Virus record (IMG/VR): IMGVR_UViG_3300030330_004252
Location: 1-28,272 of that record
Length of the DNA stretch: 28,272 bases
Reading direction: 5' to 3' (one strand)
Source of the DNA: a virus
Taxonomy: Duplodnaviria; Caudoviricetes
Position numbers and translations under genes: made by a program. Each line of letters opens with the position of its first letter. Positions within the stretch are counted from its first letter, which is position 1. The notes under the pieces are model-generated. The model saw only the letters and a program-made list of their open reading frames with translations, was not told the DNA's origin and ran no database searches. Below are positions 1 through 7,804 of this stretch, one piece after another.

Positions 1-173
1 GCTTGGTCTCCTGTATATAAAAGTCCGTCAATAAGTGGCTCAGGCTTAGGAAATTCTTTGCGTAATATAGAGCCTAAATTTTCTACCCACAAAGATTTTC
101 CTGTATCAAAAACATCGCCAGGAGCGCCCGATACACTATTTATGGCATTTTGCTCCTGGCTCTGTTTAGACAT
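1..173 (-). CDS. N-terminus of probable AAA_25/RepA-like (RecA-fold) helicase, truncated by window edge
   Basis: Not in ORF track. ATG at 173 overlaps the SSB-like stop (TAATG). Reads MSKQSQEQ...LRKEFPKPEPLIDGLLYTGDQ, resembling the segment just before Walker A in AAA_25 helicases; the P-loop itself is outside the window. Confidence 0.55.
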   Translation of the reverse strand, partial: MSKQSQEQNAINSVSGAPGDVFDTGKSLWVENLGSILRKEFPKPEPLIDGLLYTGDQ

Positions 174-730
174 TAAAATGGGATATCGTCATCTTTACCT
201 GAATCAACAGCGGGAGAGTTTGATTCATTAGGCAAAGAATCTGGTTCGCCAAAATCGTCAGGCCTTGGCACCCATTGTTTATATTCCAATATAGGAATAT
301 ACATTTTACTGCCTCCAGAAAGTGTAATTTTCTCAGAGCCAGTATGCGTAACCCAGACAACTTTTCCATCCTCCTTATCTGCCCAGGCGTCAGTCATAAC
401 TTCGTCAAACGCTTTAGCCTCTGCTTTACTAAAACGTTGCCATAAAAAAGTACCTTTTTCTTTTACGTATAACTGTACGCTAAACGCACGTTGCCAGCCA
501 TCCATAAGCATGGTCTTTTTATCGTGTTTAGAAACGCCTCTTTCAGAGTCCCACTCCCAAAGAAATGTTCCCATCTCCTTATCAAACCGACCCCAACCAG
601 TATAAAAGTCAGGACTCAATAAAAAATCCTTAAAACCTTCTACAGGCTCATCGTCGACGGTAAATTTTCCGAGTTGATAGTGATGTTTTATATATGCACC
701 ATCAGTACTAGTCATATCTAAAAATGACAT
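173..730 (-). CDS. Single-stranded DNA-binding protein (phage type)
   Basis: Acidic C-terminal tail ending DDDIPF; aromatic-rich core; lies beside a helicase-like gene. Start moved to ATG 730, which follows SD AAGGAG. Confidence 0.7.
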   Translation of the reverse strand: MSFLDMTSTDGAYIKHHYQLGKFTVDDEPVEGFKDFLLSPDFYTGWGRFDKEMGTFLWEWDSERGVSKHDKKTMLMDGWQRAFSVQLYVKEKGTFLWQRFSKAEAKAFDEVMTDAWADKEDGKVVWVTHTGSEKITLSGGSKMYIPILEYKQWVPRPDDFGEPDSLPNESNSPAVDSGKDDDIPF

Positions 731-740
731 AAAAATCTCC

Positions 741-911
741 TTATACAAAAGGCATAAAAAACTGTTCGAACTTGCGAAACAGAAAGTGCCAGTTGTCTCT
801 TAAATATTCACTGTAAGTTAGTCCGCGCCAGTCCTCACCGTGCATCAGTCTTTCTTTTTTTGCGTCGTAATAAAATTGCATGCAAAAGAAGTGAAAATTG
901 TTCTCATTCAT
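741..911 (-). CDS. Hypothetical protein, 56 aa (MNENNFHFFCMQFYYDAKKER...FFMPFV)
   Basis: Not in ORF track. ATGA overlap with the upstream stop at 908-910; fills the gap up to the SSB SD. Confidence 0.65.
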   Translation of the reverse strand: MNENNFHFFCMQFYYDAKKERLMHGEDWRGLTYSEYLRDNWHFLFRKFEQFFMPFV

Positions 912-1126
912 AATTTTGTTATATCAAACTTAACAGATTGTTGCGGATTATGCATTGCAGTATTAGTGCCCATGCTCACAAAATATTCTGCTAATTTATG
1001 TTTGTTTATTTTATTGGTTTTTGCCAGGTATTTTAATTTTTTATACAAGTCTACACTTACATACACGGCTTTTTTACCGCATCTGTCACGCATAATTTTG
1101 TCGTCAAAATTAAAAAAATCTGACAT
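908..1126 (-). CDS. Small putative ribbon-helix-helix-like DNA-binding protein
   Basis: KKAVYVSVDLYKKLKYLAK...KHKLAEYFV gives a beta-strand plus two helices pattern. Confidence 0.5.
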   Translation of the reverse strand: MSDFFNFDDKIMRDRCGKKAVYVSVDLYKKLKYLAKTNKINKHKLAEYFVSMGTNTAMHNPQQSVKFDITKL

Positions 1127-1127
1127 G

Positions 1128-1313
1128 CTATTTATTTACCTTGTTATTGGCTCCTGTAAAACTAATATTATTGTTTACAACATCAAGTAAAACGTTACTG
1201 ACAAATGTTCTCATTATTAGTCCGTTCTGCTTGCAAAAACTTTTTATTGCGTCATGCGCGTCGTCATCTACGACAAGCATTTTCTTTTTTTCGTAATCAT
1301 CCATGTTTTCCAT
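1128..1313 (-). CDS. Small putative ribbon-helix-helix-like DNA-binding protein
   Basis: KKMLVVDDDAHDAIKSFCKQNGLIMRTFVSNVL has an RHH-like pattern; first gene left of the divergent region. Start may be 1313 or 1304. Confidence 0.5.
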   Translation of the reverse strand: MENMDDYEKKKMLVVDDDAHDAIKSFCKQNGLIMRTFVSNVLLDVVNNNISFTGANNKVNK

Positions 1314-1411
1314 ACTACATATAAAAATATTAAATGTAAACAAAAGTTTTACTTTGTTTAAAATTAGTGTACTATGCTTACATGTTAACTTTACTTTCTA
1401 GGAGGAAAGAT
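1314..1411. promoter_or_regulatory. Divergent promoter/operator region
   Basis: AT-rich gap between divergent genes. TTTACT(1348)-16 nt-TACTAT(1370) on +; imperfect inverted repeat TAAACAAAAGT...ACTTTGTTTA at 1336-1360; SD AGGAGG at 1400-1405. Confidence 0.5.
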
Positions 1412-1768
1412 ATGAAAAGAAAAGTTGCTACATACGTTAATGACGTAGAGTGTATGTTTCCAACGGAGTCTGCAGAGTCTCCTGTTTGGTTACTAAGTTT
1501 GTTCGACAATAGGTCAGAACGTTCTATCGATGACTCACAAATGAGTAATCCTATGGACTGGAATGACTTTAGTTTGTTGGCACAAGACGCCGCAGACTTA
1601 TTTTTACTTGTCGAAAAGCATTTTAATGGTTATACCATAGATGTGACCGTAGAGCAGTTTGTATTTGACTATGTGAGTGTTTACAAAACACAATACAAAG
1701 CAAATAGACTGTTACAGTGGCGTAATAAATCTTTTGCAAGGCAGCAAAAAAAGGAAAAAGCTGTTTAG
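1412..1768 (+). CDS. Hypothetical early protein (118 aa)
   Basis: ATG 1412 after strong SD AGGAGG; followed by a terminator-like hairpin; no family recognised. Confidence 0.7.
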   Translation: MKRKVATYVNDVECMFPTESAESPVWLLSLFDNRSERSIDDSQMSNPMDWNDFSLLAQDAADLFLLVEKHFNGYTIDVTVEQFVFDYVSVYKTQYKANRLLQWRNKSFARQQKKEKAV

Positions 1769-1778
1769 CAAATTGTTT

Positions 1779-1808
1779 GCGGGGCGCTCTGCAGGCGTCC
1801 TGCTTTTT
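1779..1808 (+). terminator. Rho-independent terminator
   Basis: GCGGGGCGC/GCGTCCTGC 9-bp stem (2 G-U pairs) followed by TTTTT. Confidence 0.6.
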
Positions 1809-1818
1809 GTGAGGAAAT

Positions 1819-2136
1819 ATGAACGCGAAAGAAATATATAAGTTGTGTTTGTTAATGCAAGAAAGAAAAGGTAGTGACTATCAAAATACTAATTCTTCTG
1901 TAAAACAAATTGACTACTATCCAAATGGCGTAAAAGATATTGTCTGCATGATGCATACAAAACTTACACGTATAAGAAGCTGCTTAGACGCAGATTTTGT
2001 AAATAACGAGTCTATTGAGGACTCAGCGTATGACTTGATAAACTACACTACATTTTTAATAATGTATTTAAATTACAGTTTTGACGGACAAACAAAAGAT
2101 AAGGATATTTTTAACAATGAAATCCCAGGTAGATGA
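1819..2136 (+). CDS. Nucleotide-modification-associated domain 1 (Nmad1/DUF1599-like) protein
   Basis: K.SDY...K..RI....ESIEDS..DLINY motif pattern; first gene of the modification cluster. Confidence 0.7.
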   Translation: MNAKEIYKLCLLMQERKGSDYQNTNSSVKQIDYYPNGVKDIVCMMHTKLTRIRSCLDADFVNNESIEDSAYDLINYTTFLIMYLNYSFDGQTKDKDIFNNEIPGR

Positions 2137-2299
2137 AATAAAAGTCGGAGATAGATTGCGTGTTATAGGCCATACATATTTTGGCCAACACTTAGGCTAT
2201 GACGATATAGGACGTATTGCTTTTCTTGATGAAGAAACGAACGACATTACTTACTACAGACGAGAACAAGTGGAGAAAACTTATGTCAAGTGGTTCTAA
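2117..2299 (+). CDS. Small hypothetical protein (SH3/KOW-like beta pattern)
   Basis: EIKVGDRLRV motif; overlaps both neighbours in the operon; start set to ATG 2117. Confidence 0.55.
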   Translation: MKSQVDEIKVGDRLRVIGHTYFGQHLGYDDIGRIAFLDEETNDITYYRREQVEKTYVKWF

Positions 2300-2684
2300 T
2301 ATCGTTAAAACTTTGTCTATGTTAGATAGTAAGTTTAATTTTTCTACTAGTGTTAAAAACATGACAGACGTGCAGAAAAAAGAATACTTATTATTTAGAA
2401 GTAAATTTATACAAGAAGAAAATGACGAATTGTTGGCTAGCATAATGCTAAACAATAAAGACGGTATAGTTGATGCTTGTATAGACGTAGCTGTAGTTGC
2501 ATTAGGCACTTTGCAAAGTTTTGGCATTGACGTAGAAAAAGCATGGCAAACTGTTGCAGATTCTAATCTACAAAAAGAGTTAGGCACTAATCCTAAACGT
2601 AGTGCCAATCCTAATATGCCTGATTTAGTAAAACCTGTCGGCTGGCGAGAGCCATGTCACAAAGACAATGTCGGAGTTCTGTAA
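2283..2684 (+). CDS. MazG-like all-alpha NTP pyrophosphohydrolase (PRA-PH-like; candidate dCTPase/dUTPase)
   Basis: FIQEENDELL...IVDACID...V.DSN..K...DLVKPVGWREP; ATG 2283 after GGAG. Confidence 0.8.
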   Translation: MSSGSNIVKTLSMLDSKFNFSTSVKNMTDVQKKEYLLFRSKFIQEENDELLASIMLNNKDGIVDACIDVAVVALGTLQSFGIDVEKAWQTVADSNLQKELGTNPKRSANPNMPDLVKPVGWREPCHKDNVGVL

Positions 2685-2686
2685 TT

Positions 2687-3337
2687 ATGAATGTTAAACA
2701 AGTAAGAGAAATATTTGCAAGAAAATATCATAAAACAGAAAACAAAAGCATTCCTACTATCGAGCTGTTTGGCATAAGCTTTCTTGCTGACGAGCCTAGT
2801 ATATTTTCTAAGCCAAATCAAGATTATATACAAGCGGAGATTGACTGGTATGAATCACAGAGTCTTAATGTAAATGACATTGACTTTGTTCCTGTTCCGA
2901 AAGCTTGGCAAGACGTTGCTAACGACAAAGGCTTTGTAAATAGTAACTATGGCAATATTATCTATTCGCCAAATGATAAATTAAATGGCATGTCACAATA
3001 TACATGTGCTCTGACAGAATTAAGTAATAAATATTCACGAAGAGCAACAATGATTTATCAAAGGCCAACTATGCATTTTGACGCCACTGAACAAGGAAAG
3101 AATGATTTTGTATGCACAAATGCTGTTACATATTATATACGAGCTAAGACTCTACGTTGTGTTGTACAAATGCGTAGTAATGACGCTGTTTTAGGCTATA
3201 AAAACGATTATGCCTGGCAGAAACATGTATTAAATAAGCTAGCAAAAGAGTTAGACTTAAAATGTAACAACGAAATTTATTGGCAAGTACAAAACTTGCA
3301 TGTGTATGCAAAACATTTCAAATACTTGGAAATCTAG
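2687..3337 (+). CDS. dCMP hydroxymethylase (T4 gp42-like, thymidylate synthase superfamily)
   Basis: TIELFGISFLADEP, NSNYG, SRRATMIYQRPTM, DFVCTN (catalytic Cys143), MRSNDAVLGYKNDYAWQK (Asp174), LHVY.KHF closely follow T4 gp42 as recalled. Confidence 0.9.
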   Translation: MNVKQVREIFARKYHKTENKSIPTIELFGISFLADEPSIFSKPNQDYIQAEIDWYESQSLNVNDIDFVPVPKAWQDVANDKGFVNSNYGNIIYSPNDKLNGMSQYTCALTELSNKYSRRATMIYQRPTMHFDATEQGKNDFVCTNAVTYYIRAKTLRCVVQMRSNDAVLGYKNDYAWQKHVLNKLAKELDLKCNNEIYWQVQNLHVYAKHFKYLEI

Positions 3338-3767
3338 ATACTTAGATTTAGCAGAACGCATATCTCACTGGAGTAAAGACCCAAGCACAAAAGTAGGCTG
3401 TATTGTTATAGGCAAAGACGGCCAGGTGCTAAGTCAAGGATTTAACGGCTTTCCGCGTAAGTTTAGCGACGATTTAGAGTTATATGTTATGCGAGAAACT
3501 AAGTACAGATTTATTGTGCATGCAGAAATGAATGCTATTTATCATGCAACGCTAAATGGCATAAGTTTAAAAAATAGTGTGTTTTTTATACATGGCTTGC
3601 ATGTATGTCATGAATGTGCAAAGGCATTAGTACAAGTTGGCGCCAAAGGCGTGGTTATGCGGCAAACAAAAGAAACGTCAACAAAGTGGGCAGAGTCATT
3701 TCATTACGCACAAGAAATACTTACGCAAGGAGGAATAGAGTATGAAATCTTTAGTAGTGAATCCTAA
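3306..3767 (+). CDS. dCMP deaminase (zinc-dependent)
   Basis: SKDPSTKVG, GFNGFP, HAEMNAI and CHEC zinc motifs. Start uncertain (3300 or 3306). Confidence 0.9.
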   Translation: MQNISNTWKSRYLDLAERISHWSKDPSTKVGCIVIGKDGQVLSQGFNGFPRKFSDDLELYVMRETKYRFIVHAEMNAIYHATLNGISLKNSVFFIHGLHVCHECAKALVQVGAKGVVMRQTKETSTKWAESFHYAQEILTQGGIEYEIFSSES

Positions 3768-4734
3768 TACAAATATACCGCGTGCACCTAACTCTCACGT
3801 TTTAGGCAGAGCTGCATTGTGGGCTGATTTACTAAAAGCACAGTTAATAAACAATATGTCAAGTCCTGTGAAAATAGAAAAGGAGCTTGCAGAACAATGT
3901 AAAGTTTATATAGACCACGGTGCAAATTTTAATGGCAGTCTAAACTTGTTTGGCGGTCTTACTAAAGACATATATAACAATTGGCAAGAGTTACTAATAA
4001 TGCGAAAGTGCGGACATAAAATATTTAGTTTAGATATAGACATGCCTGACTTTGGCGAAATGTTTAGAAAAAGACTAAATGCAGAAAGTACGTACTATTT
4101 GTTTGACAATAATGTTTGTAACAAAATATCTGACTTATGTCGTAACCACATTAAGCGTGCAGACTATACAAATATTGCATACAAAGGGATAACGTATGGC
4201 GATAGCCATAGCTTAGCATTTAGTAAAAAAGGCGACTATGTTTTTAAAATGGACGGTAGCACTTTGTTTAGTCAATTGCGTAAAGATTGGGTAAATACTT
4301 TTTTTGACAAACAAACGCATGACGTTACGTTTTGTTTTGGCAGCATAGACGTGCGTCATCACATATTGCGTACAGGCACAGAAATAAAAAAGCTTGCAAG
4401 AGACTATATTGACAAAGTTTGTGAGTTCAATTGTACATATGATACTGTTGCTGAAATATGTGCAGTTGTGCCAGTAGAATATGAAGGCAGACGAATACCG
4501 AAAACTGGCTATTATGACGGTAAGCCATTTTCAGGAAGTTTTGAAAGTAGAAAACATATTACAAATGAATTTAATAATTACATACAGCAAGAGTATGAAA
4601 AGTTCGTAAAACCGCCTGGCTACTGGTACACAATGTGTCCGGAATTATATGCAAAAGAATATATGGAAAGAGGCGGCAGTGTGCATATATCGCCAATGCA
4701 TTACAGAAGTAAAGGAGGTTGGGAAAATGCATAA
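3742..4734 (+). CDS. Putative DNA acyltransferase: beta-glucosyltransferase-like N-terminal domain plus SGNH-like C-terminal domain
   Basis: Strong SD. C-half has YGDSHS (Ser155), DGSTL, FGSIDVR and SVH (His315). N-half has MKSLVVN, GSLNLFGG and KIFSLDID, resembling the T4 BGT N-domain as recalled. Function is inferred. Confidence 0.5.
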   Translation: MKSLVVNPNTNIPRAPNSHVLGRAALWADLLKAQLINNMSSPVKIEKELAEQCKVYIDHGANFNGSLNLFGGLTKDIYNNWQELLIMRKCGHKIFSLDIDMPDFGEMFRKRLNAESTYYLFDNNVCNKISDLCRNHIKRADYTNIAYKGITYGDSHSLAFSKKGDYVFKMDGSTLFSQLRKDWVNTFFDKQTHDVTFCFGSIDVRHHILRTGTEIKKLARDYIDKVCEFNCTYDTVAEICAVVPVEYEGRRIPKTGYYDGKPFSGSFESRKHITNEFNNYIQQEYEKFVKPPGYWYTMCPELYAKEYMERGGSVHISPMHYRSKGGWENA

Positions 4735-5575
4735 TATGCATGTAATAGACGGCATAAATAAAGATTTAATAGGCAAAGACATAAACTACTATTTAAAGTT
4801 AGTAGCTGATTGGCAAGACCCATATCCAAAGCCAAAAATTATTACACATGAAGGCGTACGAGTAGTTAGAGAAGATTTAATTACAGGCACAAAAGTGCGT
4901 GGCGCAAGTGCATTAATGAGTAAAGTAAAAGAAAAAAATCTAGTATATGTGCAGCCGCGAGTAGGATTAGCAGGAGTTAGTTTACTTGACGCTGCTAGTA
5001 AATACGGAAAACGCATAATTTTATATATGCCAAGTAGTAAGCGAATAAGTACACATCAAGCATGCTGTATTGAACGTGGCGCGTTTCCTGTATTTAAACG
5101 TATTGCAGCAATGCCAAACTTAAATAAGTATGCAAAAATTTATGCGCAACAAACAAAAGGTTTTTTTATACCGTTAGGCCTACGACACGAGCTTGTAACC
5201 GCAGCTGTTATAAAAACAGCATTATCTATAAGGCCGCCAGAAATCTGCTATACAGCTATTAGTACAGGCGTGCTTTGTCGTGCATTACAAATAGCTTGGC
5301 CAGAAACAGAATTTGTAAGTGTAGCAGTTGCAAGAAATCTTAAGTCAGGCGAGCTAGGCAGGAGTAGTGTAATTAGCGAGCCGCTAGCATTTCATCAAGT
5401 AGAAAAACAGTTGCCACCGTTTCCTACAGTAGATACATATGACGCAAAAGTATGGAAGTACATTCCTAAAAATAGTAAAAAAGATATTATGTTTTGGAAC
5501 GTAGGCAAAGAACCTAAATTAATACATAAACAATTATGGCAATATGTAGATAGTTATAGGGATTGGAATGAATAA
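4727..5575 (+). CDS. PLP-dependent enzyme, fold type II (base-hypermodification-associated decarboxylase-like)
   Basis: VVREDLITGTKVRG (candidate Schiff-base Lys56), FIPLG and AISTGVL phosphate-loop-like motif; ATG 4727 after AAGGAGG. Confidence 0.8.
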   Translation: MHNMHVIDGINKDLIGKDINYYLKLVADWQDPYPKPKIITHEGVRVVREDLITGTKVRGASALMSKVKEKNLVYVQPRVGLAGVSLLDAASKYGKRIILYMPSSKRISTHQACCIERGAFPVFKRIAAMPNLNKYAKIYAQQTKGFFIPLGLRHELVTAAVIKTALSIRPPEICYTAISTGVLCRALQIAWPETEFVSVAVARNLKSGELGRSSVISEPLAFHQVEKQLPPFPTVDTYDAKVWKYIPKNSKKDIMFWNVGKEPKLIHKQLWQYVDSYRDWNE

Positions 5576-6677
5576 AACATATTATGACGAGTTTCTGCGT
5601 TATTACGAGCTTGCAGCATTACAACAAAAAGAATGTAATTTAGGCATAACGCCACACAAAGAGTTAGATATAAAAGACGATTTAATGATGAACGTTGAGC
5701 TATATGACGTTGTAGAAAGAAAGTATGCTGGCTTTAGTCAAATAGTACATGACATTGTCTATCAAAAAAGTGTTTTACATCCATACTACAAAAAAATATC
5801 AATGGGCTTAGCTAGTAAAGAACGTATGCAAATGATAGAAAATTGGCATGGCAGAAATCATACTAAGCTAAATTGGCTATGGCTTTTTCTAATGCATAGA
5901 GTTACCGGCAGCGCTATAAACTATGGCAAAAATCCTAGCGGTTATCATAATACGCTTTTATGGCATTTACATGATTGTCGTGATTTACAAGATTTTATAA
6001 GTTGCATATGGAGTATGCGTACCCCTTTTTATACATCAATAGGCTATCAGTTTCCTGCTTTTCCTAAACACAAAGAATACAAAAGAGGAGGCGATAACTT
6101 TCTTATAAACTACGCACCTCGTTTAGTCTATGACGTACTAGATTGGCTAACACAAAAAAATACAGTTGACTTTCGTGAAATAGGCGAATATATGTTTGAC
6201 TGGAATAAAAAACAAAATTTACGTGCATATAAGTTTCAATACAGTGCTTTTATTGCAGACATTGCAGACTGGATGCCAGAATATATAAATAGAGCAAGTC
6301 CGTTTTATTACGGCACTAACGCAAAAGAATGTATTAGTTATATATCCGGCAGCACAAAAGAAAAAGACTTAGATAAAACTATGCAACGTATTTACGATGA
6401 CACTGGCGCATATCCTTATAACGCAGAAGACGTATGTTGTGATTTTATACGTTGGGTCGAAAACTATATAAATCCTAATAGTGATTATGCGCATTTAGAT
6501 AGAGACAAAGTATGGAGTAGTTGCACAATTACTAATCATGCAAAAGGCAGGCAAAAAGCTATGTTAGAGCACGGACTCGTAAAAACATTTAACGACTTTA
6601 CTACACATCCTAGCGATTACAAAGTTTTAGACAGTATAAACATGAGTGTACAAGATTACAAACAATTAGTAAATTAG
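5568..6677 (+). CDS. Amino-acid:DNA transferase-like protein (aGPT-Pplase family, HhH-glycosylase fold), divergent
   Basis: LYDVVER..AGFS, FQYSAFIADIAD, YGTNAKECI and NAEDVCCDFIRW correspond in order to the family's NVxR, FxAxxxxxDL, GPG and DIEHxLCEFxKY motifs; lies next to the PLP enzyme. Confidence 0.65.
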   Translation: MNKTYYDEFLRYYELAALQQKECNLGITPHKELDIKDDLMMNVELYDVVERKYAGFSQIVHDIVYQKSVLHPYYKKISMGLASKERMQMIENWHGRNHTKLNWLWLFLMHRVTGSAINYGKNPSGYHNTLLWHLHDCRDLQDFISCIWSMRTPFYTSIGYQFPAFPKHKEYKRGGDNFLINYAPRLVYDVLDWLTQKNTVDFREIGEYMFDWNKKQNLRAYKFQYSAFIADIADWMPEYINRASPFYYGTNAKECISYISGSTKEKDLDKTMQRIYDDTGAYPYNAEDVCCDFIRWVENYINPNSDYAHLDRDKVWSSCTITNHAKGRQKAMLEHGLVKTFNDFTTHPSDYKVLDSINMSVQDYKQLVN

Positions 6678-6690
6678 ACAAGGAGATTCT

Positions 6691-7659
6691 ATGGCACAAA
6701 AAACAAGAAGTAAATTCTCGAGCGATAAACATGCGTCATGTAGTGGTTTGCCTGCTTTGTTTGGCATATCAAAACATGAAACAAGAACAGAATACATGCA
6801 GTCAAGACTTGATGCAAGGGCTGGCAAAGTTAAAGAAAAAACATTTAGTCGCGCTGCAGAAATGGGACACAAATTAGAAAATACTATTTTACAACTGCCT
6901 GTAGAGCATTTCGGACTCACAAATTTTGAGCATGACTTAGAGTATGCTGTAGAACATCCGGACTATCCGCTGCAAGGAAGTATAGACGGTATAGCAAAAG
7001 CAAACAATCTAACAATAAAACCCGATAATGATTTTATATATACAGAAGATGATGATGAAATACTTATTGACGGTAAAGGTATATTAGAAGCAAAAGCAAC
7101 AGCAATTTTGCCTAGCTCAGACGGTAAGCCGCCATTATATAGAGGAGTTCTGCAAGTTAAAGCGCTAATGGCAATTACACAATATAGCTGGGCCATGATA
7201 AGCACATTGCATTCTAGTACACTTCCAAAAATATGCGTATATCAGCGCGACTTTGCTTTTGAGCGTGATTTAAAGGAAACGATACTTGACTTTGAACGTA
7301 GGTTAAAAGAAAAGGATTATTATCCGCCAGTTACACACAGTGATACGCAAATCATGTTTCCTGTTGCAGAAAAAGATAAAGCTATAGATTTAGACACAGA
7401 CGAAGTAACTAATTTGTGCAAAACAATTTTAAATGGCAAAGAACAAGTTAAATCTATAAATAGTACAATTACACAAGCGGAAATACGTTTACAAGAAATT
7501 ATGGGAAACGCAAGCATAGGACATAATAAAAATTACACAATAAAATGGGGAAGTCGCACATATAAAGCACAGCCTGAAAAAGTGATACCTGCAAAAGACG
7601 GATATACAGTCAGGAACAAAAGTGTGGCTATAAATATTAATGAAACAAGCGCAGATTGA
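6691..7659 (+). CDS. YqaJ-like/lambda exonuclease family recombination nuclease
   Basis: SCSGLPALFG.SK, GHKLE, HPDYPLQGSIDG, ILEAK and Q motif; SD AAGGAG. Confidence 0.85.
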   Translation: MAQKTRSKFSSDKHASCSGLPALFGISKHETRTEYMQSRLDARAGKVKEKTFSRAAEMGHKLENTILQLPVEHFGLTNFEHDLEYAVEHPDYPLQGSIDGIAKANNLTIKPDNDFIYTEDDDEILIDGKGILEAKATAILPSSDGKPPLYRGVLQVKALMAITQYSWAMISTLHSSTLPKICVYQRDFAFERDLKETILDFERRLKEKDYYPPVTHSDTQIMFPVAEKDKAIDLDTDEVTNLCKTILNGKEQVKSINSTITQAEIRLQEIMGNASIGHNKNYTIKWGSRTYKAQPEKVIPAKDGYTVRNKSVAININETSAD

Positions 7660-7804
7660 TAAAGCACATGAAATTGTGCACAGCTTAAGAAAAAACAACG
7701 CGACATTAAACATACAAGACATTTCTGGCATATTAAGAATATTGGGATATGACTTGCCTCATAAAACAGTCCAGGCATGGTATTATGAGGCTGAAGCTTT
7801 GTAA
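7640..7804 (+). CDS. Small hypothetical protein, 54 aa, possibly HTH-like
   Basis: Not in ORF track. MKQAQIDKAHEIVHSLRKNNATLNIQDISGILRILGYDLPHKTVQAWYYEAEAL; overlaps both neighbours. Confidence 0.55.
   Translation: MKQAQIDKAHEIVHSLRKNNATLNIQDISGILRILGYDLPHKTVQAWYYEAEAL

Noticed and set aside
166-1190. Track ORFs 166-369 (-) and 840-1190 (+)
   Set aside because: They overlap better-supported, translationally coupled minus-strand genes in another frame or strand.
1785-1793. CGCTCTGCA as a lambda boxA/nut site
   Set aside because: Only a partial match, embedded in the terminator stem, with no boxB or N-like gene.
2687-3337. Ordinary thymidylate synthase (thyA)
   Set aside because: Lacks the LxPCH motif and the dUMP-specifying Asn; motifs match gp42-type hydroxymethylases.
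2192-7778. Minus-strand ORFs opposite the early operon (2192-2608, 4789-5016, 6666-6920, 6963-7205, 7320-7778)
   Set aside because: Shadows of strongly supported plus-strand genes.
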